Below, piece by piece: positions 37,401-46,303 of a DNA stretch of 64,000 nucleotides (the first letter of the stretch is position 1; the number at the start of each line of letters is the position of its first letter). The translations under genes and the position numbers were made by a program. Under the pieces are notes generated by a model. That model had not been told where the DNA came from. It saw only the letters and a program-made list of their open reading frames with translations, and did no database searches. Where the stretch lies: assembly GCA_009692425.1 (NCBI GenBank), contig SHZF01000004.1:10175-74174 (forward strand), read 5' to 3'. Origin of the DNA: Myxococcales bacterium (lineage in GTDB: Bacteria > Myxococcota_A > UBA9042).

Positions 37401-37566
37401 CGGCGAGCAGCACGCCGAACAGCGTCGCTTCGACCAAGGCGAAGGCGCGCCACTTGCGGCGGCGGCTTTCGAGGGCCGCGCGCAACTGGGCGGCGGGCCC
37501 GATCGGCAGCGCAGCCGCCTTGCGGACCGGATTTCGCTGCGGTAGCCAGGAAGTCAATGCGGGCAT
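34456..37566 (-). CDS. Large (1036 aa) membrane-anchored, predominantly alpha-helical/coiled-coil protein of unknown function
   Basis: 3.1-kb uninterrupted ORF. N-terminal TM helices, then long A/R/E/L/Q-rich heptad-like stretches. Conserved-looking C-terminus ...RLQRYYKAIVR. Confidence 0.55.
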   Translation of the reverse strand: MPALTSWLPQRNPVRKAAALPIGPAAQLRAALESRRRKWRAFALVEATLFGVLLAVALAGAGAVLVVVLAASGTALGWTLGCAAGAGACCGLGLGIARWRSSLHLGRWVAEQAAVEMADPATAEALRSGLELAMRAAFEAAPSVRLLDHALAHALRHLGIVDAARASLRGRLLQYTGLLAVATCAWAVSTVATPQFWDRLLRARQDTGPAVIEFGTLVGDVHAHVAAPPHAAHRLAPREEEATDLAVLHGSRVTMRAAVLPGFGVTHVEIETHVATGFRTEVSKVVERADHSVQWARIVLEPLRYRYAGRDNEGNRARERGWRDIKTWPDQPPTATLRAADTEVEVRPGQAYPIEGEARDDIGLALLNLVIVRPSSGVERRAIVLAALGETRVAVREVLAVDALQLRPGETATVYLEAGDSNPNETGRRGVSQKLQVRMFSADRHHARIVEGLARLSETWTLRLADRLERDPAARTATLEWALRNRGELADAEQGALEDLRGVQRELAGDEQAGVRTGADLAEIERRLAEPLASEARLLARTDTGATGYAAVKDLYAVQRLHAEVIAAEERAVDALARLASTEQQVALARDAQTLDDAEQRLLATLGKLVDDSAAPLRSEAERLLDAVEAQLDRLAAAASKQMRIVPYEHVNAGGLDAGGLQRDLGDHRQSLGAVRDLLRQGRTREAIERMRQLREDLQAVVAAVRERVHGKLGAQEAAHVRLVTDLRRGIRQVQQGQGRLRDELRAASAEQSRSLVELLRQARTQVLPAVQELLDQARDAVRPTRLQTAGPSSLRAVNGLRAAIASAQSALAGGHIDGALQAMLEADDLIGAAGRALHATGAPSARSTELDRARLAEAGERLAKAAAALRGALPRPEDLLRAPTRQRLEANALQQEQVRRDLDTLRQRLAAAGTAPALQHAVGARLDHALGVMREARDALDRFEATRAFEQGGEVLESLQRAADMLSPQGGAEPSASDPIDVVGLAPDRGAADVGSGAADAGVEAFRADVLRAMQRRAPGAWSDRLQRYYKAIVR

Positions 37567-37676
37567 GCGGGCAGGCCGACCACAGGCACGCAGGAGCGCC
37601 GCTTCGATCGGTCCGCGCAGAGCTTGTCGGATTCCCCGTCAAACTCCTAGACTCTGCGTCGCTGAGGGAGCCCACC

Positions 37677-40136
37677 ATGCCCGTTTTACCCGCCGCCGCC
37701 GCCACCACCCACGTCGGGCGCTCGATCCCGCGCACCGATGGCCGCGCCAAGGTCACCGGGGCAACCCAGTACCTCGACGACCTGCCGTTCGAAGGTCTGC
37801 ACGGCGCGACGGTGCGCGCACCGACAGCGCGAGGCCGGATCACGGGACTGCGGTTCAAGGAGGGACCCGACTGGAGTCAGATCGTCGTCGTCACGCACCG
37901 CGACATCCCACGCTTCGCTAGGCCGATTGCGCGCGCGGCGGACACCTCGCACGGCCACCACGACGCCGACGCCGGCCCGGAGCACGTCGACCTCAACCGT
38001 GTCGCGCTCATCGAGTGGGACCAGCCCTACCTCGTGCGCGACGAATTCCGCCACAAGCATGAGGCGATCGCGCTGGTCGCTCACGCCGATCGCGCGACGG
38101 CCGTGTGGGCCGCGGCGTGCGTCGAGGTGCAATACGAGTCGCTGCCAGCCGCGCTCGATTACCGCGTGGCACCCCAACCTGGGCAGGTACAGCATGGTGC
38201 CGCCAACGTCTTCAAGCGCTACCTGTTGTGCAAGGGCGCGGCGGAGCAGGGCGAAACCGCCTTGGAAGCGGTGTTCGCCAAGGCCGCCCATGTCGTGGCC
38301 GAGACCTACGAGACCGGCGCGCAGGAGCAGGCCTACATCGAGCCGCAGGCGATGATCGCGACGGTGCACCGCGCCGCGCCTGACGACGGGGACGCGGGCT
38401 GGCCCACCCTTGACTTCCACGTCCGTGTCGAAGGTTCGCTACAGTGCCCCTACTACGTCCACCAGGCGATCAAGCACCTGTGCAACCTGCCAGACGATCA
38501 CGTGCAGATCGTGCAGGCGCCGACCGGCGGCGGGTTCGGCGGCAAGGAGGACTACCCCTCCATTCTCGCCGGCCATGCCGTGCTGCTCTCGCTCAAGGCG
38601 CGCCGGCCGGTCAAGATGGTGTACGAACGCGTCGAAGACATGCAGGCGACCACGAAACGCCACCCGTGCCAGACACACGTGCGCACTGCGCTTGACGCGG
38701 ACGGCCGGCTTCTCGCGCTCGACGCCAAGGTGGTGATGGACGGCGGTGCCTACGTGACCCTGTCGCCGGTGGTGCTGTCGCGCGGCACGATCCACATGGG
38801 CGGTCCATACGAGATTGCCCACGTGCGCGTGGCCAGCGAGGTCGTGCTGACGAACACGGCGCCCAACGGGGCGTTTCGCGGCTTCGGGGCCCCGCAGACG
38901 ATTTTCGCGATGGAGCGGCACCTCGACGTGTGCGCGCACCGACTCGGCATCGATCCCGTTGAACTGCGGCGCCGCAACCTGGTCAAGCGTGGCGGCACGC
39001 TGGCGACGGGGCAGACGATCGACGAGCCGATCGATCTGGTGGGTTGGATGGACAAGGCGCGGGCGGCGCTGGACTGGGACGCGCGCCGCACGGCCCACAC
39101 CGCGTTCAACTTGGCCCAAGCTGCCGTCCATGCTCCGTTGCGGCGTGGACTCGGCCTCGCGACGTTCATGCACGGCTGCGGCTTCACCGGTTCCGGCGAG
39201 GTGTGGCTCGCGTCGAAGCTCAAGGTCCGCGCCCTGGCGACGGGCCAGGTCGAGGTGCTGGCGGCGAACACCGAGATCGGCCAGGGCGCTCAGACCGTGT
39301 TCGCCCAGATCGCCGCCGATGCGTTGGGGCTCGCCGTGGCCGACATCGTGGTGGCGCAACCCGATACCGATCAGGTGCCCAACTCCGGTCCGACCGTGGC
39401 GTCGCGGACGTCGATGGTCGTCGGCCACCTGGTGGCGCGGGCATGCGACGACCTCGTGGTGCGGCTCGAATCCGCGGAAAGGCTCGCGGCGCTGCCCGAC
39501 GGACCCGGTGTCGGCTCGGTGTCGATGCAGGCCCACGCTCGCGGGCGGCGCCATGAGCCGGAGCGCCTGCGCGCGGCGCTGGCGAAAGCGGGTGCTGCGG
39601 GCGGGACGGACGCCGAAGGGTGGGCGGAATACGAACCGCCGCCGGGCGTCGTCTGGAACGATCAGACCTACCGCGGAACGGCGTACGGCACGTATGCGTG
39701 GGCAACGTATTGCGCCGACGTCGAGGTCGATCTCGTCACATTCGAGGTCAAGGTGCGCGATTTCGTGGCCCTGCAGGAGGTGGGCCGCGTGCTCCACCCG
39801 GTGCTGGCCGAGGGGCAGATCGCGGGCGGCGTCGTCCAAGGCCTCGGCTGGGCGCTGCTGGAGCAGGTCGTCGCCGACGCCGACGGGGGCATGGCCAACG
39901 CGAACTTGACGACCTACGTGCTGCCGACCATGGCCGACGTGCCGCGGGTGCGCGTGCTTTTCGAGGAGCAGCCCTATGGCTACGGGCCGTTCGGCGCGAA
40001 GGGCATCGGCGAACTGCCGATGGACGGCCCGGCGCCGGCCGTGGTCAATGCGGTCGCGGACGCGCTTGGCGTGGAGCCGACCGCGATCCCCCTGACGCCG
40101 GAGCGGTTGCTGCGGTTGGTGCTGGGGGAGGGCTGA
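37677..40136 (+). CDS. Xanthine dehydrogenase / aldehyde oxidase family molybdopterin-binding subunit, standing alone
   Basis: GRAKVTGATQYLDD N-terminus, QAPTGGGFGGKEDYP, RGFGAPQ, GQGAQTVFAQIAADALG, GAKGIGELPMDG. The start at 37677 (MPVLPAAAATTHVG) is chosen over the track's 37140. Confidence 0.85.
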   Translation: MPVLPAAAATTHVGRSIPRTDGRAKVTGATQYLDDLPFEGLHGATVRAPTARGRITGLRFKEGPDWSQIVVVTHRDIPRFARPIARAADTSHGHHDADAGPEHVDLNRVALIEWDQPYLVRDEFRHKHEAIALVAHADRATAVWAAACVEVQYESLPAALDYRVAPQPGQVQHGAANVFKRYLLCKGAAEQGETALEAVFAKAAHVVAETYETGAQEQAYIEPQAMIATVHRAAPDDGDAGWPTLDFHVRVEGSLQCPYYVHQAIKHLCNLPDDHVQIVQAPTGGGFGGKEDYPSILAGHAVLLSLKARRPVKMVYERVEDMQATTKRHPCQTHVRTALDADGRLLALDAKVVMDGGAYVTLSPVVLSRGTIHMGGPYEIAHVRVASEVVLTNTAPNGAFRGFGAPQTIFAMERHLDVCAHRLGIDPVELRRRNLVKRGGTLATGQTIDEPIDLVGWMDKARAALDWDARRTAHTAFNLAQAAVHAPLRRGLGLATFMHGCGFTGSGEVWLASKLKVRALATGQVEVLAANTEIGQGAQTVFAQIAADALGLAVADIVVAQPDTDQVPNSGPTVASRTSMVVGHLVARACDDLVVRLESAERLAALPDGPGVGSVSMQAHARGRRHEPERLRAALAKAGAAGGTDAEGWAEYEPPPGVVWNDQTYRGTAYGTYAWATYCADVEVDLVTFEVKVRDFVALQEVGRVLHPVLAEGQIAGGVVQGLGWALLEQVVADADGGMANANLTTYVLPTMADVPRVRVLFEEQPYGYGPFGAKGIGELPMDGPAPAVVNAVADALGVEPTAIPLTPERLLRLVLGEG

Positions 40137-40171
40137 CCGAAGCTGCGGCGGCCCCGGGTCGAAAACAGGCC

Positions 40172-41293
40172 TTAGTGCGGCGGGCGGTCGTGTGCCCCGG
40201 CCCGCTCCTGCCGTTGCACGTCGGCGCTCTCGGCGAGCCCGAGGCGTCGCTCCAGCAGGTGGCGCACGGCCGTGTTGGCCCGCACGAGGTCGAGGGCGAG
40301 CGCCGCGTGCCCATCGACGTACCCGTTGCCGATCAGCAGGTCGACGTCGGCCCCCACGCCCTCGGCGCCAAGCGCAACGCGCTGGAAACTCGTCGCCATG
40401 CCGAAAAACAGGCACAGGCCACGCGGCCGGCACGCCAAAACGGTCGCCAGTTCGGTGCCGGGCAGGCTCGCCATGTTGATCACGGCGTCGAAGCCACGTT
40501 CGCCGGTCCATCCGTGTGCCAGTGCGCGCACCGCCACGGCATCGCCGGCGTCGGCACTGGCGGCCGCATCGACGAGGCGTGCGGCGCAGACCTCGTCGAG
40601 CGGAGCCGCGTGCCGGTCGATGGCGGCCAGCCAGAGGTCGGGCCGCGTCGCCCGCAGTGCCGCCAACGCCAGCACGCCCGCCTTGCCCGCACCCAACACG
40701 AGCACGCGCGCCCGGGCCGGCAGCCGCTCCGCAACCCGATGGCACAGGGCCGGCGCCCCGCAGACATCGAGTACCGCCAGCGCCAGCACCGGGGCGAGAT
40801 CAGGCGGCAGCGCAGTGGCCGGAGCAGACGGCGGCAACCACGCGTCGCCCCGCACGGCGACCTGGTGCGTGGCGTAGCGCACGTCGAGCACGGCATCGAG
40901 GCGCAGCGGCGTGAGCGTCAGCGAGGCGAGGGTGGCCACCGCCGTCCCCGGTTCGAGCCCGACCAACGGCCCATCGTAGCTCGGGCCCAGGGCGCGCAGG
41001 CGGCCGAGCAACATCCCGCCCGAACCCGTCGTCGGGTTGTGCAGCTTGCCGCGCGCACTGACGATGGCCTCAATCTGGCCGGCCACTGTAGGCCCGCCGG
41101 CCCTTTCGACCTCAAGGAGTTGTTCAAACGAGGCCGCATCGACGTTGAGCCGATCGACGTGCAGCCACGCCTCGCACTCCCAGGGCGGCAGTGTCGCATC
41201 GAGCGCGTCGGCAGCCTGCGGCAGCAGACCGGCCGGCGCCAGGACACGGTGCAGGCCGAGCGCATCGCCACCGGGACGGAACATGGGCAGCAA
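40172..41293 (-). CDS. NAD(P)-dependent dehydrogenase, possibly L-erythro-3,5-diaminohexanoate dehydrogenase-like
   Basis: HNPTTGSGGMLLGRL and Rossmann VLVLGAGKAGVLALAAL; the family assignment is from memory only. Confidence 0.5.
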   Translation of the reverse strand: MLPMFRPGGDALGLHRVLAPAGLLPQAADALDATLPPWECEAWLHVDRLNVDAASFEQLLEVERAGGPTVAGQIEAIVSARGKLHNPTTGSGGMLLGRLRALGPSYDGPLVGLEPGTAVATLASLTLTPLRLDAVLDVRYATHQVAVRGDAWLPPSAPATALPPDLAPVLALAVLDVCGAPALCHRVAERLPARARVLVLGAGKAGVLALAALRATRPDLWLAAIDRHAAPLDEVCAARLVDAAASADAGDAVAVRALAHGWTGERGFDAVINMASLPGTELATVLACRPRGLCLFFGMATSFQRVALGAEGVGADVDLLIGNGYVDGHAALALDLVRANTAVRHLLERRLGLAESADVQRQERAGAHDRPPH

Positions 41294-41296
41294 CGG

Positions 41297-42139
41297 CTAC
41301 TTTGTCGACGTGGAGAATTCGAAAGCGTTGGGGCCGGCACGCACCGCCACCTTGCGCTCGAATGCCAGCGTCGTCGCCGTCTTGCCGCAGCGCACGATGT
41401 GCTCGCCGAGCAGCAGTCGTGTGCGCGCCTGCTCGAACCCCATCATCGTGCCGTCGACGAACACGTCGGCGCCTTTGGGGCAGAACACGGTGACCGGCGC
41501 ATCGGGCTCGTCGCGTTCGAGCCGCACCCGGATGTCGTGCGGCATTTCCTGCGTAGACGAGTTGACGACGACCGTCTGGGGCTTGAAGCCCAGCAGCGTC
41601 ACGATCACATCGGCCGCGCCAAACGGCACCAGCACCCGCATGGGCGTCTCAAACGGCAGCGGCTTGTTGTTCACGGCCACCGACGCGCCCGGCGGGCTCG
41701 ATTCGACGAGGACGGCAGCGTGCGTGTTGCGCAGCTGGCGGGCGACGTTTTCGAGGTGGTTGAGCACGATCTCACGCTGGCGCGGGTCGAGCGGCGCGCG
41801 CAGAGTCTGTTCGAGGTAGGGGTGGGCCTCGTCGTACTGCTTCAGCGTGCAGTGCATCGAGCCGACGTTGAAGATGGCGTTCGACAGCGGGAATAACTTG
41901 AGAGATTGCCGGAATTTCTCAAGCGCCTCCTCGTACTTGCCGGCCGCGACGAGCTTCTTGCCTTCCTCGTTGAAACGTTCGGCGACGCGATCGGCAGACT
42001 CGGGGCGGGCGGGCTCAGAGCGGGCGCTTGCGGCAGCTTCGGGCGGCGGCGCCGACTGGGCCCTGGCGGGGACGGTGAGCATGGCGGACCCGGCGAGCGC
42101 GAGGCCCAGCAGTGACCAGCGCGAAGACAAGACAAGCAT
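41297..42139 (-). CDS. Secreted TPR + PEGA-domain protein
   Basis: Signal MLVLSSRWSLLGLALAGSAMLTVPARAQ; TPR-like AAGKYEEALEKFRQSL; two PEGA-like blocks (ESSPPGASVAVNNKPL, CPKGADVFVDGTMMG). Confidence 0.7.
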   Translation of the reverse strand: MLVLSSRWSLLGLALAGSAMLTVPARAQSAPPPEAAASARSEPARPESADRVAERFNEEGKKLVAAGKYEEALEKFRQSLKLFPLSNAIFNVGSMHCTLKQYDEAHPYLEQTLRAPLDPRQREIVLNHLENVARQLRNTHAAVLVESSPPGASVAVNNKPLPFETPMRVLVPFGAADVIVTLLGFKPQTVVVNSSTQEMPHDIRVRLERDEPDAPVTVFCPKGADVFVDGTMMGFEQARTRLLLGEHIVRCGKTATTLAFERKVAVRAGPNAFEFSTSTK

Positions 42140-42284
42140 GGGCGACCTCTGGAATGACGATGCGGATCGGCGCACGCGCAGGGTAGTCCGGGGCGGTCCG
42201 GCCTGCAACGGGTGGTCTCTTGCGAGACGCACGGCGGCGCGCGGCGATTCGACGGTCGGGCAGCCACCGTGGCAGCATTGACGC

Positions 42285-42725
42285 GTGTTGCGCCGCCATC
42301 CAGGCCTGTGGATCGTTCCCGCGGTATGGGCCGCCGCCTTGGCGTTGGGCTGCGGCGGCCTCGCGGAGCGGGGACCGGTGCTGTGCGTGTGGCGGCTGAC
42401 GACGGGGCTGCCGTGCGCGGGATGCGGGCTGACGCGCGGGTTCGCGGCCTTGACGCACGGCCACGTCGGAGCGGCGCTCGATTTCAACCTGTTGACCCCG
42501 TTCGTGCTGGCATGGATGCTGGTCTGGTGGGTTGCGGCGCTGTGGCAGTGGTCCGGCGGGCGCGCGATCATCGAGGCTCCGGCGTGGTTGACGCGCAGCG
42601 CCTTGGGCGTCGTGCTGGCGTACTGGGTCGCTCGCGATGTGTGGTGGCTCCTGCAACCGGATGTGCCGGCGCGGTTGGTCGCCAACTCTCCGCTGCTGCA
42701 GCGCATCGTGCCGCTGTTCTGGTAA
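42285..42725 (+). CDS. DUF2752 family membrane protein
   Basis: CVWRLTTGLPCAGCGLTRG (C-x7-G-x-P-C-x2-CG-x-TR) plus hydrophobic helices. Confidence 0.7.
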   Translation: MLRRHPGLWIVPAVWAAALALGCGGLAERGPVLCVWRLTTGLPCAGCGLTRGFAALTHGHVGAALDFNLLTPFVLAWMLVWWVAALWQWSGGRAIIEAPAWLTRSALGVVLAYWVARDVWWLLQPDVPARLVANSPLLQRIVPLFW

Positions 42726-42764
42726 TGGCTGCTGTTCCGGCGGTGGCCGCGACTCTGGTGTCGG

Positions 42765-45700
42765 CTACCTCGCGCCGCCCAGGTTGCGCTGCAGCGTCTC
42801 CGCATCGCGGCGGTAGGTGTCGTCGGGCCGCGCCGCGCGCAGGTATTCGTTGACTGCGCGCAGGGCGGCAACCGCCTGTTCCCGCTCCTTGTGGATCAGT
42901 GCGATGTGGTACCAAGCTTCGGCCAGGCCCGGGTCGTTCGCCGCCGCCGCGCGCTGCAGGTGCTCCAACGCTTCACTCGACTTGCCGCGGTTCAGTGACA
43001 CGAGACCAAGATAGAGAGCCGCGTGGGCGTCATCGGGCCGCCGCGCGAGCACTTGCTTCAGTACGCGTTCCGCCTTGGGGCTTGCCGTCATGTACAAGCT
43101 GCGGCCGACCTCGACGAGCGCGTCGACGTCGTCGGGCGCCAACTGCAGCACCGCCTCCAGGTGAGGGATCGCCTGACCGTAGCGGAAGCGCTCCAAGTGG
43201 TCGCGCGCAATCATGCGATGGACCGCAGCCAGGTACGTGACCGGGCGCCCGAACTCCGCGTACTGGCTGGCCGAACTGAGAATCGTGCGCAGTTCGCGGA
43301 GCGCCACCTCGCGCGCGCCGTCCCGCTCGCGCAATTCAAACAAGCTGCGCGCAAGTTCGAAGCGGTACGCGTGTGCCGTCGGGTCGAGTCCAATCGCCTG
43401 CTTGGTGCGGCTGATGCCCTGCAAGACGTCCTGGCGCCGGAACGCCAACCGCCCGTACTGGAAAAGCGCCTCCGCGTTCTTGCCGTTGGCCGCCTGCGTT
43501 GCGCGGTGCAGCAACGTCTGCGCGCGGTCGTAGTCCTTGGCGTCGATGAGGTAACGGCCGGCGTCGGTGTTCAGCGCGACGTCCTCGACCGCGTTTTCGG
43601 CAAACGGCACCAGCGTGGCCGCCGCCTCCTGCGGTTGGCCCTTGTCGCTGAGCGCACGGGCCATCTGCACAGCGGCTTCACGGTCCAGCGCGCGACTGCT
43701 GCGCAAGGTGCGCAAGTAACCGAGCGCCCGGTCGACCTGGCCCGTGCGCAAGTCCATCTGTGCCGCCCGCAGCAGATACTGCCGGTTGTTGGGCTGCGCT
43801 TCGAGGAGCTTGGCCACCGCCGCGCGGGCCTCGTCGCCTCGGTTCAGCGCCATGAGCGAATCAGAAATGAGGCTGACGAGCCCCTCGTCGTCGCCGGCAA
43901 CGAGTCTGCCGCGCTCTAGAGTCGCGAGCGCCTCATCGTGGCGCCCGGCCGCCGCCTGCAGGGCAGCCAGACGCTGGATCGCGCGCAAGTGGCGGGGCTC
44001 GCGGGCGATCACCTGGCTGAAGTAGTCGCGAGCTGTGGCGAAATGCTGTTCCTTGTCTTCCACCTGGCCGCGCAGGAACAGCAGATCGACGGAATCGGGA
44101 TGGTGTTTCGTCGCCTCCGTGATCTCTTCGAGCGCGTCTGGGTTGCGATTGACCTGGAGCCAGTACTCGACAAGGGCGACCTCGTATGCGATCGACTTGA
44201 AGGACCCGGTCTTGCGCGCCTCAGTGAACAGCTTGTGGGCATCTGCGGATCGCTTGTCTGCGACGAGCAGTCGGCCGAGCCGGATCAGCGTCACTTCGTC
44301 TCGCTCCACGACCGCCAGGGCGCCCTGCAAGGCCGCGGCCTGCGCCGCTCGATCGCCGCGCCGCACGCCGATCCGCGCCATCGTCAGCCACGCATTGCGC
44401 TGAGCGGCGACGAGTTTGCCCTCCTGCGCCAGGCGCAGGCCCTCGGCAGCGAGGACTTCGGCGGCTTCGAGGTGGTTCTGCTCCAACTGCACGGACGCCA
44501 GCACCAGGCGCGCCTCGACATGGTCGCCGGCGCGCTTGGTGATCGCCTCGAGTCGCTCGATCAGCCCGTTGCGCGCCCCGAAGCGATCGAGCACCGCAAC
44601 GTGCAGCACTTCGAACTTCGCCCAGTTGCGCGCCTTGGCAAAGTGGCCCTGCAGGCCGTCGAGGCTCTTGCGCACCTGTTCCATCGCAACGTCGCCGACG
44701 GGCGAGGCGCGCAACGGGTCGGTGTCGGGCGAACTCGTCAGGCCGGGGTTGTCCAGCGCCCGCGCGTCCAGTTGCCGCTCGAACTGCAGCAGGCGCAAGC
44801 GCGCCGCAACCTCCTGGTCGTCGGGCGTGCCTTGGTCGAGCGGCGCGAGAGCGGCAGCCTTGCCGTCGAACATTCCGCCGGCGACCGCAGCCAGGACTTC
44901 GTATCGCAATGGAAAAGGCTGGACCGTGCTGCGCAGAGAGTCGAGCCGGGGCCGCCACGGCGAGGGGGGCTCGAACGAAGCTGGACTGCGCTCGAAGAAA
45001 TCGAGCAGGCGATCGACCAGTTCGCGCGAAACGACACGATCGTCGGGACGCAGGGCGACGATCTTGGCCAGGCGCTGCACGTCGGCCTCGTAGGTGGCCG
45101 CGGTATCGAGCAGTTCGACCGGGGTCAGCAGGTCGACCGCGACCGTCCGATTGCGGTCGCGCTTCTGGGTCGAGTCCGCAGACCGCCACAACCGGGAGCC
45201 AAACCAGCCGAAGCCGGCGACCTCGAGACCCATTCCGACCATGGCGGCCAGCACGGCCAGCACGGCCAGCGCGCGCGCAAGCCTGCGCACCCGAGCAAGG
45301 GGCGAGACGCCGCCGTGCGCACGGGCCGCCACCGCTGCCACGGGGCGTGGGCGTGCGACCACCACCGCCTCGTCGCGCCCGGCGCTGACGTCGACGGCGA
45401 TGGTGTCGTCGCTGCTCGCGTGGCTGCCATCGCCTTCTTCGAACAGCGAACTCGGGTCCGACCCGGCGGCGGGCGCACCGATCGCAAGCTTGGGGGCCGA
45501 CGCTCGGCCCTTCGTAGGCATGCCGACCACGTCTGCGGCGGCACCGGCACCCGAACGCGGCGCACTGATGCGGCCGAACGGGTTCGTGCGCGGCGAGGTG
45601 GCGCGCTTCTCGACGGACTGGACCGCGTCTGACAGGAGGGAGTCGAAGTCGATGTCACCGGACTCGGTCCCGGTGAAGCCGATTTCCGCGACGTCGGACG

Positions 45701-46259
45701 TGGGCTTCGACGCGTCGATGCGCTGCGAATCCTCGCCGCCCAAGACGGCCGCCGCGCGCGCCAGCAAGCCTGAGTCGCCTTGCGTTCGGGCCGAAGTCTG
45801 CCCAGCCTCCTTGTCGGCCATCGCCGTCCCGATGCCGAAGCCGGCAGCAAAGGCGGCGGGCGATGTGGGGGAACGCTCCGCTTCCTGAAAGCCACCGCTT
45901 GGATCGCGACTGCGAGCCCGAGGCCCCCCTGCGCCGGTGCCCGAGGGCGTGGTCGGCACTACGGTCGTCGCTCCGGAGCGCACGTCGGGGCCCAACGTGT
46001 CAGGAACCTCGGTCGGCATGTCGATGCCGGGCAGCGTGGTCGTCGATTCGTCCGTCGGTGCAAACCGCAGCAGGCACAGCGGGCACTCCGCCTCGCGTGC
46101 CCCGTCGGCCACCGGAAAAACCGCGCTGCAGCTCGGACAACGAACGTTCAACGCACGGCCCCACCGCACAGGTTCATCCCGCATCGACCCCAGGCTCGGA
46201 CCAACGCTGCAATCCCCCGCGCTACCCGCGACGCTACCTTGCAAGGGGCAGGGGGTCAA
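42765..46259 (-). CDS. Large TPR-repeat protein with an N-terminal MJ0042-type zinc ribbon. The true start may be an internal Met (MRDEP...).
   Basis: RCPSCSAVFPV...ECPLC zinc ribbon; one TM segment; ~15 TPR-like repeats through the C-terminal 700 aa. Confidence 0.72.
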   Translation of the reverse strand: MTPCPLQGSVAGSAGDCSVGPSLGSMRDEPVRWGRALNVRCPSCSAVFPVADGAREAECPLCLLRFAPTDESTTTLPGIDMPTEVPDTLGPDVRSGATTVVPTTPSGTGAGGPRARSRDPSGGFQEAERSPTSPAAFAAGFGIGTAMADKEAGQTSARTQGDSGLLARAAAVLGGEDSQRIDASKPTSDVAEIGFTGTESGDIDFDSLLSDAVQSVEKRATSPRTNPFGRISAPRSGAGAAADVVGMPTKGRASAPKLAIGAPAAGSDPSSLFEEGDGSHASSDDTIAVDVSAGRDEAVVVARPRPVAAVAARAHGGVSPLARVRRLARALAVLAVLAAMVGMGLEVAGFGWFGSRLWRSADSTQKRDRNRTVAVDLLTPVELLDTAATYEADVQRLAKIVALRPDDRVVSRELVDRLLDFFERSPASFEPPSPWRPRLDSLRSTVQPFPLRYEVLAAVAGGMFDGKAAALAPLDQGTPDDQEVAARLRLLQFERQLDARALDNPGLTSSPDTDPLRASPVGDVAMEQVRKSLDGLQGHFAKARNWAKFEVLHVAVLDRFGARNGLIERLEAITKRAGDHVEARLVLASVQLEQNHLEAAEVLAAEGLRLAQEGKLVAAQRNAWLTMARIGVRRGDRAAQAAALQGALAVVERDEVTLIRLGRLLVADKRSADAHKLFTEARKTGSFKSIAYEVALVEYWLQVNRNPDALEEITEATKHHPDSVDLLFLRGQVEDKEQHFATARDYFSQVIAREPRHLRAIQRLAALQAAAGRHDEALATLERGRLVAGDDEGLVSLISDSLMALNRGDEARAAVAKLLEAQPNNRQYLLRAAQMDLRTGQVDRALGYLRTLRSSRALDREAAVQMARALSDKGQPQEAAATLVPFAENAVEDVALNTDAGRYLIDAKDYDRAQTLLHRATQAANGKNAEALFQYGRLAFRRQDVLQGISRTKQAIGLDPTAHAYRFELARSLFELRERDGAREVALRELRTILSSASQYAEFGRPVTYLAAVHRMIARDHLERFRYGQAIPHLEAVLQLAPDDVDALVEVGRSLYMTASPKAERVLKQVLARRPDDAHAALYLGLVSLNRGKSSEALEHLQRAAAANDPGLAEAWYHIALIHKEREQAVAALRAVNEYLRAARPDDTYRRDAETLQRNLGGAR

Positions 46260-46303
46260 TTATCCTCGCGCGGCGTCGGCGGGTTCGGCGGCAGAGGATT
46301 GGC

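Noticed and set aside
37140-37676. 179-codon N-terminal extension of the molybdopterin subunit ORF
   Set aside because: Arg/Pro-rich with no homology expected. Mo-subunit homologs begin near the GRAKVTG motif, consistent with ATG 37677.
38439-41896. Long ORFs 38439..40745 (-) and 39620..41896 (+), 758-768 aa
   Set aside because: Antisense or off-frame to the XDH-family and dehydrogenase genes; Arg/Gly-rich composition without motifs.
45863-46303. N-terminal extension of selB (track start 45863), and ORF 45937..46383
   Set aside because: The extension overlaps the 3' end of the convergent TPR gene and has a Pro/Arg-rich composition. SelB homologs begin ~10 aa before the GxxxxGKT motif.
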